DNA from: Tolypothrix carrinoi HA7290-LM1
Lineage (GTDB): Bacteria > Cyanobacteriota > Cyanobacteriia > Cyanobacteriales > Nostocaceae
Direction: 5' to 3'
DNA: 63,468 nucleotides
NCBI GenBank assembly: GCA_019358935.1
Contig: JAHHIK010000040.1
Location: 1-63,468, forward strand
Below, piece after piece: positions 41,823 through 53,216 of the stretch (positions are counted from its first letter, which is position 1; every line of letters begins with the position of its first letter). The notes beneath the pieces were generated by a model. The model saw nothing but the letters and a program-made list of their open reading frames with translations, was not told the origin of the DNA and made no database searches. The translations under genes and the position numbers were made by a program.

Positions 41823-42000
41823 GATATTCGCCGCTTCAGTTGCTTATTTTGGATAAAAATAGGGGAATCACGGAAAAGAAGAAAGAAGGGATTCATAGCC
41901 TCTTTCTTCTTTTTTCACTTGTTATAGGAGTAGGCTTTCTGCTGGTGGGTACTTGCGTTCCCCCAATTACCCCACACCCCACACCCTACACCCTACACCC

Positions 42001-43395
42001 TTATTGTTGACTTTGGTCTTGAGGTGTGTATGTGTAATAGCTGGCAATCAAACCAACTACTAGCCACCAAACGCTATTGACTTCAGGACGATAAAATACA
42101 GTATCTACTGTGCCATGAGCGAGCATACCTGCCATTGTAGCGATCGCTCCAATTAACCAAAAGCCATCGGCACTTCTCAATTTTCGCAACCGTTGCATTT
42201 GCAAAAATGCTGTATTAAAAGTTACTATTAGCAACCAGAGGAAAGCGGCTAAACCAACAAAGCCAGTTTCTACAGTCACCTCTAATAAAATTGAATAAGC
42301 ACTTAAAGCAGTATAACGAGGGCGTTGGTAAAGCGGGTAAATTTTATTAAAAGAGCCGTGACCAGGACCAATACCGATAATTGGGCGATCGCGAATCATC
42401 TCAAAAACAGCATCCCAAACATTGCGGCGAAAATTATTACTGCTGTCTTTGCGATCGGCAAAAATACTCACAACCCGCAAACGTACAGGCTCTACAAATA
42501 TCACCGCTAGCAGCAATACCCCAATCAAACCTCCTAAAATAATCGGTAGCGACCAAGTTCGCCAAAAAGGAGGCATTTCTATACTCCACCAATAAACCAA
42601 CAATCCCATCACAATTAAAAGTGCCACAACTAGCCCAATCCAGCCACCACGACTAAAAGTCAAAATTAGGCAAGCAGTATTGACAACAAACATCGTTAAT
42701 GCTAAAGCTTTCTTAATCCAGCCTTGCCATACAAATACGGCAACCAAGCTGAAAACCACAGCGGGTAGAAGGTATCCGGCAAGTAAGTTAGGATTGCCCA
42801 AATAACTATAGACCCTTGTAGTTTTAGCAAAAGTAGATTCTTGATCAACCCAAGTTGCTAGGGGAGGAGCGCCAAAAAACCATTGCCGCATCCCGTAAAT
42901 ACTGACAATCAGGGATACGTGCAAGTAAAGGACAATCATCCAAGAGCGGATGCGGGGCGACCTCAACACCCTAGCACAAAGGACAAACAGCAATAAATAG
43001 AGCGTTAACGTTGCCAAATCGTTAATCGCCGCCTTTTTTACTGGTGATAATGCCGTAGCAGTAGCAGCAACAGCCCAGTAAAGCAATACCAACAGGTGAA
43101 TGGGAGTGACAGATGCCAGATTTCCTGGTGCGGCTTCGTCTGATAAAGTCAACAACAGCCAAAATCCCACACAACCCGTCAGCAATAACCCGATAAGTGT
43201 AGTCGATACAAAAGGCGCAAGAGCATACACGACACTCAATAAAGCAGCCGCGATTGTGTCTCCCCATTGTATCAGGATACTGCCTTGCCGCCAGGAACTC
43301 AACAACCCGACTAGAAAACGGTGCAGGTAGCTAGTGGTGAGATATTGTTTGAGCGGCAAGTAAGATAAAGTGAATCTTTGCCAGACTAAATTCAT
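42001..43395 (-). CDS. ictB: IctB family membrane protein (O-antigen ligase/Wzy-like)
   Basis: RVYSYLGNPNLLAGYL, SRGGW, DSSNNFR.NVW, GIGPG, ALSAYS. Confidence 0.85.
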   Translation of the reverse strand: MNLVWQRFTLSYLPLKQYLTTSYLHRFLVGLLSSWRQGSILIQWGDTIAAALLSVVYALAPFVSTTLIGLLLTGCVGFWLLLTLSDEAAPGNLASVTPIHLLVLLYWAVAATATALSPVKKAAINDLATLTLYLLLFVLCARVLRSPRIRSWMIVLYLHVSLIVSIYGMRQWFFGAPPLATWVDQESTFAKTTRVYSYLGNPNLLAGYLLPAVVFSLVAVFVWQGWIKKALALTMFVVNTACLILTFSRGGWIGLVVALLIVMGLLVYWWSIEMPPFWRTWSLPIILGGLIGVLLLAVIFVEPVRLRVVSIFADRKDSSNNFRRNVWDAVFEMIRDRPIIGIGPGHGSFNKIYPLYQRPRYTALSAYSILLEVTVETGFVGLAAFLWLLIVTFNTAFLQMQRLRKLRSADGFWLIGAIATMAGMLAHGTVDTVFYRPEVNSVWWLVVGLIASYYTYTPQDQSQQ

Positions 43396-43569
43396 AAAGA
43401 AAACTGCGATCAATTAACAATCAGCTCGAACTTGGACTCGATCATAATGCGAGTAGTTCCAAAAAGGTAATAACAAAGAAATGCATATTGGCAATTAATC
43501 GCACTCTTATTTCCTTCAGGCAGATTTTATTATATATAGGCGATCGCTATAAACGTAAGTGAATTTTGA

Positions 43570-46506
43570 CTAACTGATTTTGAACTTACTTACATTTGTT
43601 TGCAATTCCTGAGCAATGTCTACAGTTTTTTGCAAAGATTGAGAAATTGTCTGGGAACTACTAGTAATTTCTGATACTTGAGAAATTTCTTCTAGAAGTT
43701 TTGTAACTGCTTGGGATGTTTGCACCTGAGATACTGTTGCCTGAGAAATAGATTGCACTAACTTATCAAGTTGCTGGGATACATTCAAAATTTGATTTAG
43801 GGATTTTTTCACATCTTCTACAAGGTGCGTTCCTTTCACCACTTCCGAAGTTCCCAACTCCATCGCGTTGACGACTTGTTGTGTATCCCGTTGCGTGTTT
43901 TTCGCTATTTGCTCAATTTCTTGGGTAGCACCTGTACATCGTATAGCTAGTTCGCCTAACTCTGTAGCAAATACCAAAAAACTGTTATTGTCTTGATTAA
44001 TTCTGGCAGCTTCTAATTCAGCATTGAATGCTAATATGTTGGCTCGCGTTCCTATCTCGTCAATCAAAGAAACCATATGGCTAATTTGTTGTGAAGATTC
44101 TCCTAAGCGCTTGATTTTTTTTGCCATATCATCAATTGTGGAACGCAAATTGAAGATGTTTTGCATCGTCAAATCTATAGCCGTTCCGCTTTCTTGAGCA
44201 TTAAAAGTGGCTGTCTGAGCGAAGGACGCAGCTTTTTGAGCGTTTTCTGACATTGATTGCAGATCCCGCTTTATTTGATGAACGCTATCTAAAGTCCGGT
44301 TGATTTTAGTGTCTTTTGTAAGCGCTTTTTCAGATAGTTGTCGAATTGTATCTTGGTTTTCATTAACAGCTATATTTACCTGAGAGGTAGATGATTGTAC
44401 TTTCGCCACAATTGCTCTGAGATTATCGATTATGGCGTTAAAATTTTCAGCGATAATGCCTATTTTTCCAGATATCACTTCTGCCTTAACTGTCAAATCG
44501 CCTTGAGATGCTTTGTCGATATCTTTGAGCAATTTGAGAATTTGCTGTTGTAGTAATTGTTGTTGTTGAGATTGCTCATCGTAAAAAATTTCCGCATAAG
44601 AGTTGGCATTTTCAACTTTTTCGATGAGTGATGCTTGTTCTAGAGCATAACCAATCGGAATTGTCACTTGCCTCAACAAATTAATTTCTAATTCTTGCCA
44701 TTGACGGGGACGAGAACATTGATGAGCGATGAGCAAACCATAAAGTTTATTGTTAATTAAAATTGGTGCAACTAAATTTGCTTTGACTTCAAATTGTTCC
44801 AACTGAGCTAGGTGACAATCAGTCAAACCAGCTGCATAAATGTTTGCGATCGCTTGCACGCGTCCTTTCTGGTACTTTTCTACATAACTGTCGGCAAAAC
44901 AAGGATCGGCGATTTCTGCTCCCAAAGCTACCGGGAATTCAGGATTTAAGGATTCAGCAATTATCTTGCCTTTCCAAGTTTCATCAAATTTGTAGACAAT
45001 AACTCTATCTGCTTCCAGAGCTGCTTGTACACTCGTTACAGCAGCATTCAAAATGTACTGAGTGTTCAGGGAGCCACGGCAACGCCCAGTAATTTCATTA
45101 ACTAGTTTTGCTAGTTTTACTTCATCTTCTTGTTGACGGATTTGTTGAGTAATCTTGTTTGCTAATTGGTTGAAACTGACAGCTAATTGTCCAACTTCAT
45201 CAGCTGAAAAAATTTCTGCACGAGCAGCGCGATCGCCTGCTGCATATTTTAACGCTGTTCGCTGTAGCTGCTGAATCGGTTTAATAATTGTCCGTCTCTG
45301 AATCAAAGTCCAAATCAAGATAATCGCTAATGCCAAAATAATCGTCAATAACTGCACCCAAAAACTATCTGCAAGCAATTTCTTCAACGCTGTTTCTGGA
45401 GTTACCCGCACTAAAATAGCCACAGGCTGCTTACTAAAAATAGCAATCGGCTCATCATCTGCTTGGATAATTTTGTAGGGTACAGCCTTCGTCGCTACAG
45501 TGTAAGTTTCATTGTCAATTTTCATCCGCGCTGTGACTGCTTCACCTGCCGAATTTAATGCTGTTTCTAGTAACGATTTACCTGTTTTAGGTAAGTCTAA
45601 ATTTGAGAGTTTCTCCGATTCGCCTTGAGCTAAAGATGTTGCTAAGGTAAATTCTCCAGTTGGTTGGTGAAAATAAACTGCGCTATAGCCACCAGCAGTA
45701 GTTGTCAACGCACCTCGGAAAATTGAGTTTTTGCCGTTGACTATATCCCCAGAAACTAAAGCACCGATTACTACGTTTGTTTCCGGATTTTTCACCGGGG
45801 TAACTGTGTAACGAATCAGTGCATTTTTATTTCTAAATCCACTTGGTAAAGGTGGCGATTCTCGCCTTAGTTCTGACCATTTGACAATGCGACTAGCTTT
45901 AACCTGTTTTGGATAGTTGAAAACTTCACTAACTAAATTGTCGGGATTAAAAATTTCCCCTTGACGGTCAGCATTGGCATTGACTATAATCTTGAAATCT
46001 TTGCCAACAAGCGTAGCGTATTCTATTTTTCTTGCTTTGATTTCATTTGTCAGAATTTGCTTGACTTGTGCCTTAAAGTTTGGACTTATGGGTTGACCAG
46101 AAGCATTCAGCCTTGCCGCTCTAATAATTGCAGTATTATCTGATTGCCCTCGAAAACCATAGCCCATTTGATCAACTTTAATATTGTAAGCCATATCTGT
46201 AACTGCAACTTCTGACTTAGCTTGTTCCAGTGACAAAGCTTGAAGATTACTTGTAGTTAAATATCTACTGACAACACCCAGCCCCAAAATTGCTATTAGT
46301 TCCGAAGCAATCAATACAATCAACTGTTTGCGAGCAATAGAAAGATTAGCAAACTTTTGCCATAAAGAAGGTTTGACTCGCAACGAACTAAGCTTATTGA
46401 TAGATTGTGGAAATTTTGGGAATCCAGAATCTTGATGAGAGTTATTTAACAAATGTGTTTCTGAACTCAATTGACTATCTTTTGTTGTTAAAAAATGTTT
46501 ACTCAC
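43570..46506 (-). CDS. Methyl-accepting chemotaxis protein with HAMP and cyanobacteriochrome GAF (PixJ-like)
   Basis: Two TM segments, HAMP (DEVGQLA.SFN), GAF with DPCF and CH motifs, MCP coiled coil. Confidence 0.85.
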   Translation of the reverse strand: MSKHFLTTKDSQLSSETHLLNNSHQDSGFPKFPQSINKLSSLRVKPSLWQKFANLSIARKQLIVLIASELIAILGLGVVSRYLTTSNLQALSLEQAKSEVAVTDMAYNIKVDQMGYGFRGQSDNTAIIRAARLNASGQPISPNFKAQVKQILTNEIKARKIEYATLVGKDFKIIVNANADRQGEIFNPDNLVSEVFNYPKQVKASRIVKWSELRRESPPLPSGFRNKNALIRYTVTPVKNPETNVVIGALVSGDIVNGKNSIFRGALTTTAGGYSAVYFHQPTGEFTLATSLAQGESEKLSNLDLPKTGKSLLETALNSAGEAVTARMKIDNETYTVATKAVPYKIIQADDEPIAIFSKQPVAILVRVTPETALKKLLADSFWVQLLTIILALAIILIWTLIQRRTIIKPIQQLQRTALKYAAGDRAARAEIFSADEVGQLAVSFNQLANKITQQIRQQEDEVKLAKLVNEITGRCRGSLNTQYILNAAVTSVQAALEADRVIVYKFDETWKGKIIAESLNPEFPVALGAEIADPCFADSYVEKYQKGRVQAIANIYAAGLTDCHLAQLEQFEVKANLVAPILINNKLYGLLIAHQCSRPRQWQELEINLLRQVTIPIGYALEQASLIEKVENANSYAEIFYDEQSQQQQLLQQQILKLLKDIDKASQGDLTVKAEVISGKIGIIAENFNAIIDNLRAIVAKVQSSTSQVNIAVNENQDTIRQLSEKALTKDTKINRTLDSVHQIKRDLQSMSENAQKAASFAQTATFNAQESGTAIDLTMQNIFNLRSTIDDMAKKIKRLGESSQQISHMVSLIDEIGTRANILAFNAELEAARINQDNNSFLVFATELGELAIRCTGATQEIEQIAKNTQRDTQQVVNAMELGTSEVVKGTHLVEDVKKSLNQILNVSQQLDKLVQSISQATVSQVQTSQAVTKLLEEISQVSEITSSSQTISQSLQKTVDIAQELQTNVSKFKIS

Positions 46507-47576
46507 TTCAATTTTCCTTTTAATTCAGTAATTTATAAATCTTGTTTGCAGCACAAATTGAACAGTTATAGCACTAAGCTTAATAACTGCCGAAGAGATA
46601 ACGAATACATATTTACACGCTGATATTAACTTAAGCGATGATTAAAACACTAAGCCTACGAGCGTAAATATGAGTCATCAATTGAATCAATCGAAAAATG
46701 AACAACTATACATTTCACTGATTTCTAACCGGGAATCTAAATTGGGGAATACATAACATCGAAAAGAAAATTAGGATGCACTCTGATATCCGAAGAAAGT
46801 TCTGCCGGATTTGTCTGATATAGCTCATGAGTCAAGTAATTAACTTATCATGAATGCAAATTTTCTACAATAAAACATCAGTCTGAAGTTATATTTTTGA
46901 CAAAATTAGCTGAAAACAAAGACACATAAGGTCTTTGCTCATTCTAAATCGACGCTATCAGAAGAATTTGATACATGTTCCTACTTACGTATAAGTTAAT
47001 AACCCCATGATATCAGCATGGGGGAGTGTTAATAAGGTATATTTACTTTGGAAAATATATACTGCCAACTGTGATGAGAAAAGTAGGACTTACGCACTTC
47101 CTTCGTCGTCACCATTGAATTAATGTAGGGGCAATTCATGAAGGGTTCCCTACAAGACTTTAGGAAAAGCGCTCATTCCTAAAAAGTAGATCGCAGCCAG
47201 TAGGAAATAAAATATTTATAGGACTTACGCACTCATTAGGAAAAACCGAACCACGTTCTTTCTTGATCTCCGTGATTGAGAAGACACGAACGCTCTTTGC
47301 GTCTTGGAAAAAGACGATAAATCTACAGTCACGTCTATATAATGCTTCATGACATCTTTGGTAATAAAAACTTGCGCGATCGCAGTCGTCACCAAAAGCA
47401 AATTTTACTTTCATCGGTGACGACTATCGCAACAATCAATCTTAAGTTTTTCTCACTCTTGTGATAAATAGACTAAATAGCTGATTTTCGACGCATAAGA
47501 GCGAAAATTCCAGGAATCAGTGCCAACATAACAAATGTTTTTGCCATCCTCAAACGCGATCGGCATACGATCTGCA

Positions 47577-49115
47577 TCAGATATCGCTAACTTTTTCTGT
47601 TGTCGCTATTTTTAATGGTAAACAAAGCACATAGCGGTATCCTGATTCTGGTGAACCTTGAATCGAAATTTGCCCACCATGCAACGAAGCCAGATGACAA
47701 CTAAGCAACAGACCCAAACTTTCGCGAGACATGCTTTTATGCGGCTTAGTTAAATCTAAGTTGGAATCAAGACCAAGTTCGTATGAATTTGAATCATCCA
47801 ACTCTACTAATGGCAAACTCCTTACTTGCTCTTGATTTTTCTGATGAATATTGTAGCTTGCAGCCTCAGCAGTCAGTTCCACCAACGCTAGTGGACTTAG
47901 ACGAAAATAAGGATCAACCTCGGTTATACCGTCTCCCAACCAGGGATGCGATACCCAGACAGTAATGTTGAGTGTATCTTCCTTGTTAGAAACATGAATG
48001 CGAACAACGCTACCTGTAGCAGAAAGTTGAATCACGCTGAAAACCAGGTGATAAAGCATTTGTCGCACCTTGTCTTTATCCAAAGTCCAAATGCGACTGC
48101 GGTTTGGTTCTATCGACAAGCGAATATCTTGCTCTCTCCGGTTGGCTGCTTCTTCTAAAGTATTGATAGCTTGTTGACACAGCATTTCAATATCCATAGG
48201 AGCTAGATTCAGCACATTCGGACTTTCATCCACTGTTCCGAGTTCGCTAATTTCATTTACCAACGAAAGCAAATATCGACCACTGTGTTGAATAATCTCT
48301 AGATATTCTCTTTGCTTAGTCGTCAAAGGTCCATAAATCTCACGTCCCAAAACACTAGCCATACCTAACACAGATGTCAACGGTGTACGCAACTCCTGAG
48401 TTAGCTGCCCCAATAGTTCCAACTTCAGTTCCTTGGTAGGATCGGTGTCTTTTTCTATTAGGGGTGTGGTGATTCTGATTTCGCTGCGCTGCTCATCCTT
48501 AAATGAGAAATGAGAAACGTTATTGTGAGTGCTTTCTTTTTTTGGTTGCAAAAGTCGATTGCGCTCAAATTCACTCATGCACCAACGAGCTATGATTTGT
48601 AGAAACTCAATATCTCGATGGGAAAATTCGTGTTCCTTGAGATACATGACTGCCAGCGAACCCAGACAATGCCCGGAAGCATCAATTAGCGGTGCTCCCA
48701 TGTAAGCGCGAATGCCATAATCTTTTACCAATTTGCTACTTTGCAGTTCTGCATCCGTGATTTTTCGCGTATCGGTGATAAGCACTATTTGCGAAGACTC
48801 TACCACCTGGGTGCAAAACGATTCCCGGCGTAACAGTTGACGACTTTGCGCCAGCTGATTCATGATTCCCAGTCTCGATAAGCCTACCGCTGACTTGAAC
48901 CAATGACGGTCTTGATCGACAAATCCCAATATGGAAATTGGGGCATCCAAAAAGTGGGCAGCAGTTTGAGTCGCTTCTTCAAAAACAGGAATCGTTTCTG
49001 ATTGCCGCAAACCTAGTTCCAACAATGCTTTTAATCGTTGTTGTTCTTTTGTTTCCTGGGAAGCCCAACCATCCTTGAGGGCAAACAACTTGTTTTCCGG
49101 CTCTACCATTGCCAC
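47577..49115 (-). CDS. GAF-domain histidine-kinase-like protein (H-box His replaced by Gln)
   Basis: GAF (SFC..V, IRAY.GAPL...G.L), HisKA-like TQELRTPL, degenerate HATPase. Confidence 0.85.
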   Translation of the reverse strand: MAMVEPENKLFALKDGWASQETKEQQRLKALLELGLRQSETIPVFEEATQTAAHFLDAPISILGFVDQDRHWFKSAVGLSRLGIMNQLAQSRQLLRRESFCTQVVESSQIVLITDTRKITDAELQSSKLVKDYGIRAYMGAPLIDASGHCLGSLAVMYLKEHEFSHRDIEFLQIIARWCMSEFERNRLLQPKKESTHNNVSHFSFKDEQRSEIRITTPLIEKDTDPTKELKLELLGQLTQELRTPLTSVLGMASVLGREIYGPLTTKQREYLEIIQHSGRYLLSLVNEISELGTVDESPNVLNLAPMDIEMLCQQAINTLEEAANRREQDIRLSIEPNRSRIWTLDKDKVRQMLYHLVFSVIQLSATGSVVRIHVSNKEDTLNITVWVSHPWLGDGITEVDPYFRLSPLALVELTAEAASYNIHQKNQEQVRSLPLVELDDSNSYELGLDSNLDLTKPHKSMSRESLGLLLSCHLASLHGGQISIQGSPESGYRYVLCLPLKIATTEKVSDI

Positions 49116-50001
49116 TGTTACCTTGATAATTGTTTGATACTGTAATTTATATAACCCCTATTTATGGGTTATTGTTTGCTAACTTAAGCATTCCCCAATT
49201 TTGCTGCCGATAAACAATTTTGCCAGAAAATTTTTTACCTTACTTAAAATTATTGAGTGCTGAGTAAAACAAGAAATACTTTGAGAATGCGACTCGTGTA
49301 TTAAGTTTATGGTATGTGAATGCATTTTGGTAAGCAATGCCTGCACGTATAGTGGCTTGTTGGTAGACATCGCCGTTGCAGTTCACTAATTATCTAATAG
49401 ACGAATGGCAATTATTTGGGGAAAGAGGTAAGAAAAAACATGCACTTCTTTTCCCACCGCAAGCGTGTTAATAAAGGCGCAGGGGCTTTCTTTGAACTCG
49501 CTGCTGTGCCTTAGTTTAGGTTTTAATGCCACAAGCGCGTTAGTTTTGCATTTAATGTGGGTACGATAACGCTAAGGATAAAATTTTCCGATTTTTAATA
49601 TATAAAGGGAAAATTTTCCGTTTATATACTCAATCCCATTTCCGGAAAAAAATAATTTTTCCTTGAATTTACTGAGGCTGTTTTCTCGAAAATTATGAAA
49701 GCGATCGCGCTTCACTATCAAAACTAATAAGAGTGATTTATTTGGGGAAATCACCCAAATAAATATTAAATATAATGTTTTACTTTGTCGGTAGTAACTT
49801 GAGAAAATCTGACAATAAATGAAAGATACAATCCTTTTTTGCTAAAAATAAAAATGGTAACTAAAGAAAAACTTAATAAAAAGTTCACAAATACTTCATA
49901 ATCAGAAATCACCCAAAAGTTGGGTATTCAGTCAAAAATGGATTAGATGTGAAAAAACCGGATTTTGAGATTAATTTTGAGGCTTTCTGAAAAAGAATAA
50001 T

Positions 50002-51159
50002 ATGACAATTAGAATTCCTTTTGTAGACCTGAACTTACAACACCAATCGATGAAAACTCAATTGCAGCAAGCAATGCAGGCTGTATTTGAAAAGGGAGAT
50101 TTTATTTTAGGGCAAGCCTTAAAAGAATTTGAGACAGCATTTGCAGCGGAGTCTGGGACAAAATACGGTATTGGTGTTGCTTCCGGAACCGATGCGATCG
50201 CTCTTGGCTTGCAAGCTTGTAATATTGGTGCCGGCGATGAAGTAATTTTGCCAGCAAATACCTTTGTCGCCACCCTAATTGCCGTGCTCCGAGCGGGAGC
50301 AAAACCGATTTTTGTAGATTGCGATCCCAAAACAGCCTTAATTGATTTAGAAGCGGCAGCAAGAGCAATTACGCCGCATACCAAAGCGATTATCCCCGTG
50401 CATCTTTATGGACAAATGGTATCGCCGCAGCAGTTGTTAGACTTTGCCGATAGATACAAAGTCCTAATTTTTGAAGATGCAGCACAAGCGCATTTAGCCG
50501 AACGCGATGGATATCGCGCCGGTTCAGTGGGGATAGCAGCAGCATTTAGTTTTTATCCGAGTAAAAATTTAGGCGCATTTGGGGATGGGGGAATACTGCT
50601 AACAAAAGATGCAGATGTTGCCCAGAAAATGACACGCTTGCGGAATTATGGCGCATCGTCGAAGTATTATCATACCGAAGCGGGTACGAATAGCCGTTTG
50701 GATACGATGCAAGCGGCAGTGTTGCTAGAGAAATTACCATACTTGCCGAATTGGAATAGCGATCGCCTGAACATTGCCCAACAGTATGATGCTGAATTAG
50801 CACCCTTAAATCGGCTAGGCATCATCCCCATACAAAACCAAAGTGGTACAGGACACGTTTATCACCTTTATGTCATCAAAATCGATGATTCTTGCGTGCT
50901 TGAACGCCAACAAATCCAGGAACAACTCGCAGCAGTAGGAATTCAAACAGGCATTCACTATCCAATTCCCTGCCATCTCCAGCCGGCATTTACCGACTTA
51001 GGTTATCAAATCGGAGACTTTCCCCAAGCAGAAAAGCAGGCAAAGCAAATCTTATCATTACCCATGTACCCAGGCTTAAGCCATAGCCAAGTCAAAGAAG
51101 TTGTCGCAGCTTTGGCATCAATCCTCAGTGGCGAACAACAACAGTTATTGTGCATTTAA
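50002..51159 (+). CDS. DegT/DnrJ/EryC1/StrS family sugar aminotransferase
   Basis: SGTDA, PVHLYGQ, EDAAQAH, FSFYPSKNLG. Confidence 0.93.
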   Translation: MTIRIPFVDLNLQHQSMKTQLQQAMQAVFEKGDFILGQALKEFETAFAAESGTKYGIGVASGTDAIALGLQACNIGAGDEVILPANTFVATLIAVLRAGAKPIFVDCDPKTALIDLEAAARAITPHTKAIIPVHLYGQMVSPQQLLDFADRYKVLIFEDAAQAHLAERDGYRAGSVGIAAAFSFYPSKNLGAFGDGGILLTKDADVAQKMTRLRNYGASSKYYHTEAGTNSRLDTMQAAVLLEKLPYLPNWNSDRLNIAQQYDAELAPLNRLGIIPIQNQSGTGHVYHLYVIKIDDSCVLERQQIQEQLAAVGIQTGIHYPIPCHLQPAFTDLGYQIGDFPQAEKQAKQILSLPMYPGLSHSQVKEVVAALASILSGEQQQLLCI

Positions 51160-51250
51160 TCACCAATGGCTAATTGCTCATTATCATTTAAGTATGAGCT
51201 CTTAGCCAAAGCGCAAATTTGAAATATTTAATATTAAATCGCTGAAAATT

Positions 51251-52141
51251 ATGACATTCCAGCGTCAGATTCAAAACAGAAACGCAACACAATTGTTCAG
51301 CTTCGCCATTCTCGGTGTATTAGCGCTGCTTTATGCCCCAATATTGCTGCACTGGTTAGATGGTTGGCTAAACAAAAGTATTAGTACAGAACACGAATAT
51401 TTTAGCCACGGTATTATTGGTATACCTTTTGCCGCTTATCTGAGCTGGATAAACCGAAAAAAATGGCAACGACTGCCAGATGTCAATCATCCTTTGGGTG
51501 TAGTCTTGCTGATAATCGGGGGAATTTTTTATCTTAGCGGCGTCACCGAATGGGTTAACCTTTCCTTCCCCGCCATCCTAGCAGGATTGTGCTTGTGGTT
51601 AAAAGGAATTGCCGGCTTTAAATTGCAAGGATTTCCCCTACTATTAGTGTTTTTGGCAACTCCAACAGCATTACCTTACCTCATCGCCCCCTACACCTTG
51701 CCTCTGCAAAGCTTCATCGCTGGTACGGCTGGCTTCATCCTAAGTCAGTTTGGTATGCAAGTAGCTGTGGATGGCACAAATATCTTCGTCGGGGGACGCA
51801 TTGTCGAAGTTGCCCCTTACTGTGCGGGGTTGAAGATGTTATTTACTACCTTATACGTCTGCTTAATGCTGCTTTATTGGACAGGTGCTTTATCATCGCG
51901 TCGCACAACTATTTGGTTTTTATCTACAGCTGTTGTCGTCAGCGTTACCGCGAATATCATTCGCAACACTTTACTGAGTTTCTTTCATGGCACAGGACAA
52001 CAGGCAGCTTTTGAATGGCTGCATGACAGTTGGGGTGGAGACTTATATTCTGCCATTATGCTGCTTTTATTAGTGCCTATTCTCAATCGACTTGATAGAT
52101 ATTTTTCAGAACATGAAGCAATGCCAGAAGACGAAAACTAA
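51251..52141 (+). CDS. crtB: Cyanoexosortase B
   Basis: EHEYFSHG, VEVAPYCAGLKML (catalytic Cys), N.IRN (Arg), WLHD (His). Not phytoene synthase. Confidence 0.85.
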   Translation: MTFQRQIQNRNATQLFSFAILGVLALLYAPILLHWLDGWLNKSISTEHEYFSHGIIGIPFAAYLSWINRKKWQRLPDVNHPLGVVLLIIGGIFYLSGVTEWVNLSFPAILAGLCLWLKGIAGFKLQGFPLLLVFLATPTALPYLIAPYTLPLQSFIAGTAGFILSQFGMQVAVDGTNIFVGGRIVEVAPYCAGLKMLFTTLYVCLMLLYWTGALSSRRTTIWFLSTAVVVSVTANIIRNTLLSFFHGTGQQAAFEWLHDSWGGDLYSAIMLLLLVPILNRLDRYFSEHEAMPEDEN

Positions 52142-52421
52142 AATCAAGAATTCCAGAAATCGGCATTGCTGAAATCGGCAGAAAACCGAAATTCAGAGAA
52201 GAGACGTTCCGATGGAACGTCTCTACTTCAGATTCGGTGACTTTGCACTCCGAAGTCGGGAATCTTGTTTTTCACTTTCTGCTATATAAGCGCGATCGCT
52301 ACTGCCAAAAAACCCCTTTACACCTGACTTTGGGGAAATACGTAGGGGAGTGTCAAGATTACTGAACTCAGGAAGTGATTTTAGCTAGTAAAATTTTGCG
52401 TAAGTATTGCAAATTTTACTT

Positions 52422-53114
52422 ATGATATCCTTTTCTAAATTACTCAAAGAAAACCAATTTCCTAAAGTAGCAGCGCTTTTGTTGTTACTAGTACTGCTGG
52501 TGATAGGAGCTGTTCCCGGATACTTGACAGGACACTGGCAATGGCAAAAGCTGCCTCCTATCACCAGTATCAAGCAGTTGAGACAGTTGCGGCAGCAAGG
52601 GTTAAACCTTCCTGGTTGGCAAACCATTGAAAAAAGCCAACAACAAATTGGCGGACGCAAATGGTTAATGCAAATCAACAAAAAACAAGGCACACAAACC
52701 CAGGCTATCTTGCTTTTGCTGCCGCAAACTGATTCCAAAAATCAACCAGAAGTAGAATGGACAGAGATTCAAAGCTGGCAGCAGTGGAACGTAGCTCAAT
52801 TTCGTCCGGCGGAATTTACGGTAAAACTTGCATCAACCAAAGTTAAAGTCGAGGCTCAATTTTTTCGCGCCTCCACAGATAAGCAAACATTTGCGGTTTT
52901 GCAATGGTATGCTATGCCCAATGGTGGAAATCCATCACCTATACAGTGGTTTGTGGCAGATCAATTAGCACAGTTACGCAAGCAGCGTGCCCCTTGGGTT
53001 GGTGTGAGTATTATGATTCCGATGGAACCTTTGGGGCAGGTAGAAACAACTTGGTCTTTAACCAAGTCTATTGGTGAAACAGTCCAACGGGCATTAATGG
53101 CGGGTTTTTTATAA
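52422..53114 (+). CDS. Cyanoexosortase B system-associated protein
   Basis: GAVPGYL.G.W.W, QPEVEW, AVLQWYA..GG.P.P..WF.ADQ; directly after crtB. Confidence 0.8.
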   Translation: MISFSKLLKENQFPKVAALLLLLVLLVIGAVPGYLTGHWQWQKLPPITSIKQLRQLRQQGLNLPGWQTIEKSQQQIGGRKWLMQINKKQGTQTQAILLLLPQTDSKNQPEVEWTEIQSWQQWNVAQFRPAEFTVKLASTKVKVEAQFFRASTDKQTFAVLQWYAMPNGGNPSPIQWFVADQLAQLRKQRAPWVGVSIMIPMEPLGQVETTWSLTKSIGETVQRALMAGFL

Positions 53115-53135
53115 AAAAGTTAGGAGGAGCAAAGT

Positions 53136-53216
53136 TGTAGAGACGCGATCGGTCGCGTCTGTACAGGAGTTTGGAGTTTGGAGTTAGGTAGAGACGTTTT
53201 GCCGAAACGTCTGTAC
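53136..53216. repeat. Two GTAG-tagged REP-like palindromes
   Basis: tgtagagacgcgatcggtcgcgtctgtaca and gtagagacgttttgccgaaacgtctgtac. Confidence 0.8.

Noticed and set aside
46510..47570. Long intergenic region as an ncRNA or hidden gene (includes TAGGACTTACGCAC twice)
   Set aside because: Only short dispersed-repeat ends and AT-rich promoter-like DNA are recognisable; no supportable RNA family or ORF.
51251..52141. crtB as phytoene synthase
   Set aside because: Name clash only; the sequence is a multi-TM exosortase with Cys/Arg/His motifs and no DDxxD.
52300..52356. GGGGAGTGTCAA resembling an IS605 right end
   Set aside because: Hairpin is imperfect and no matching left end was found; at most a degraded scar.
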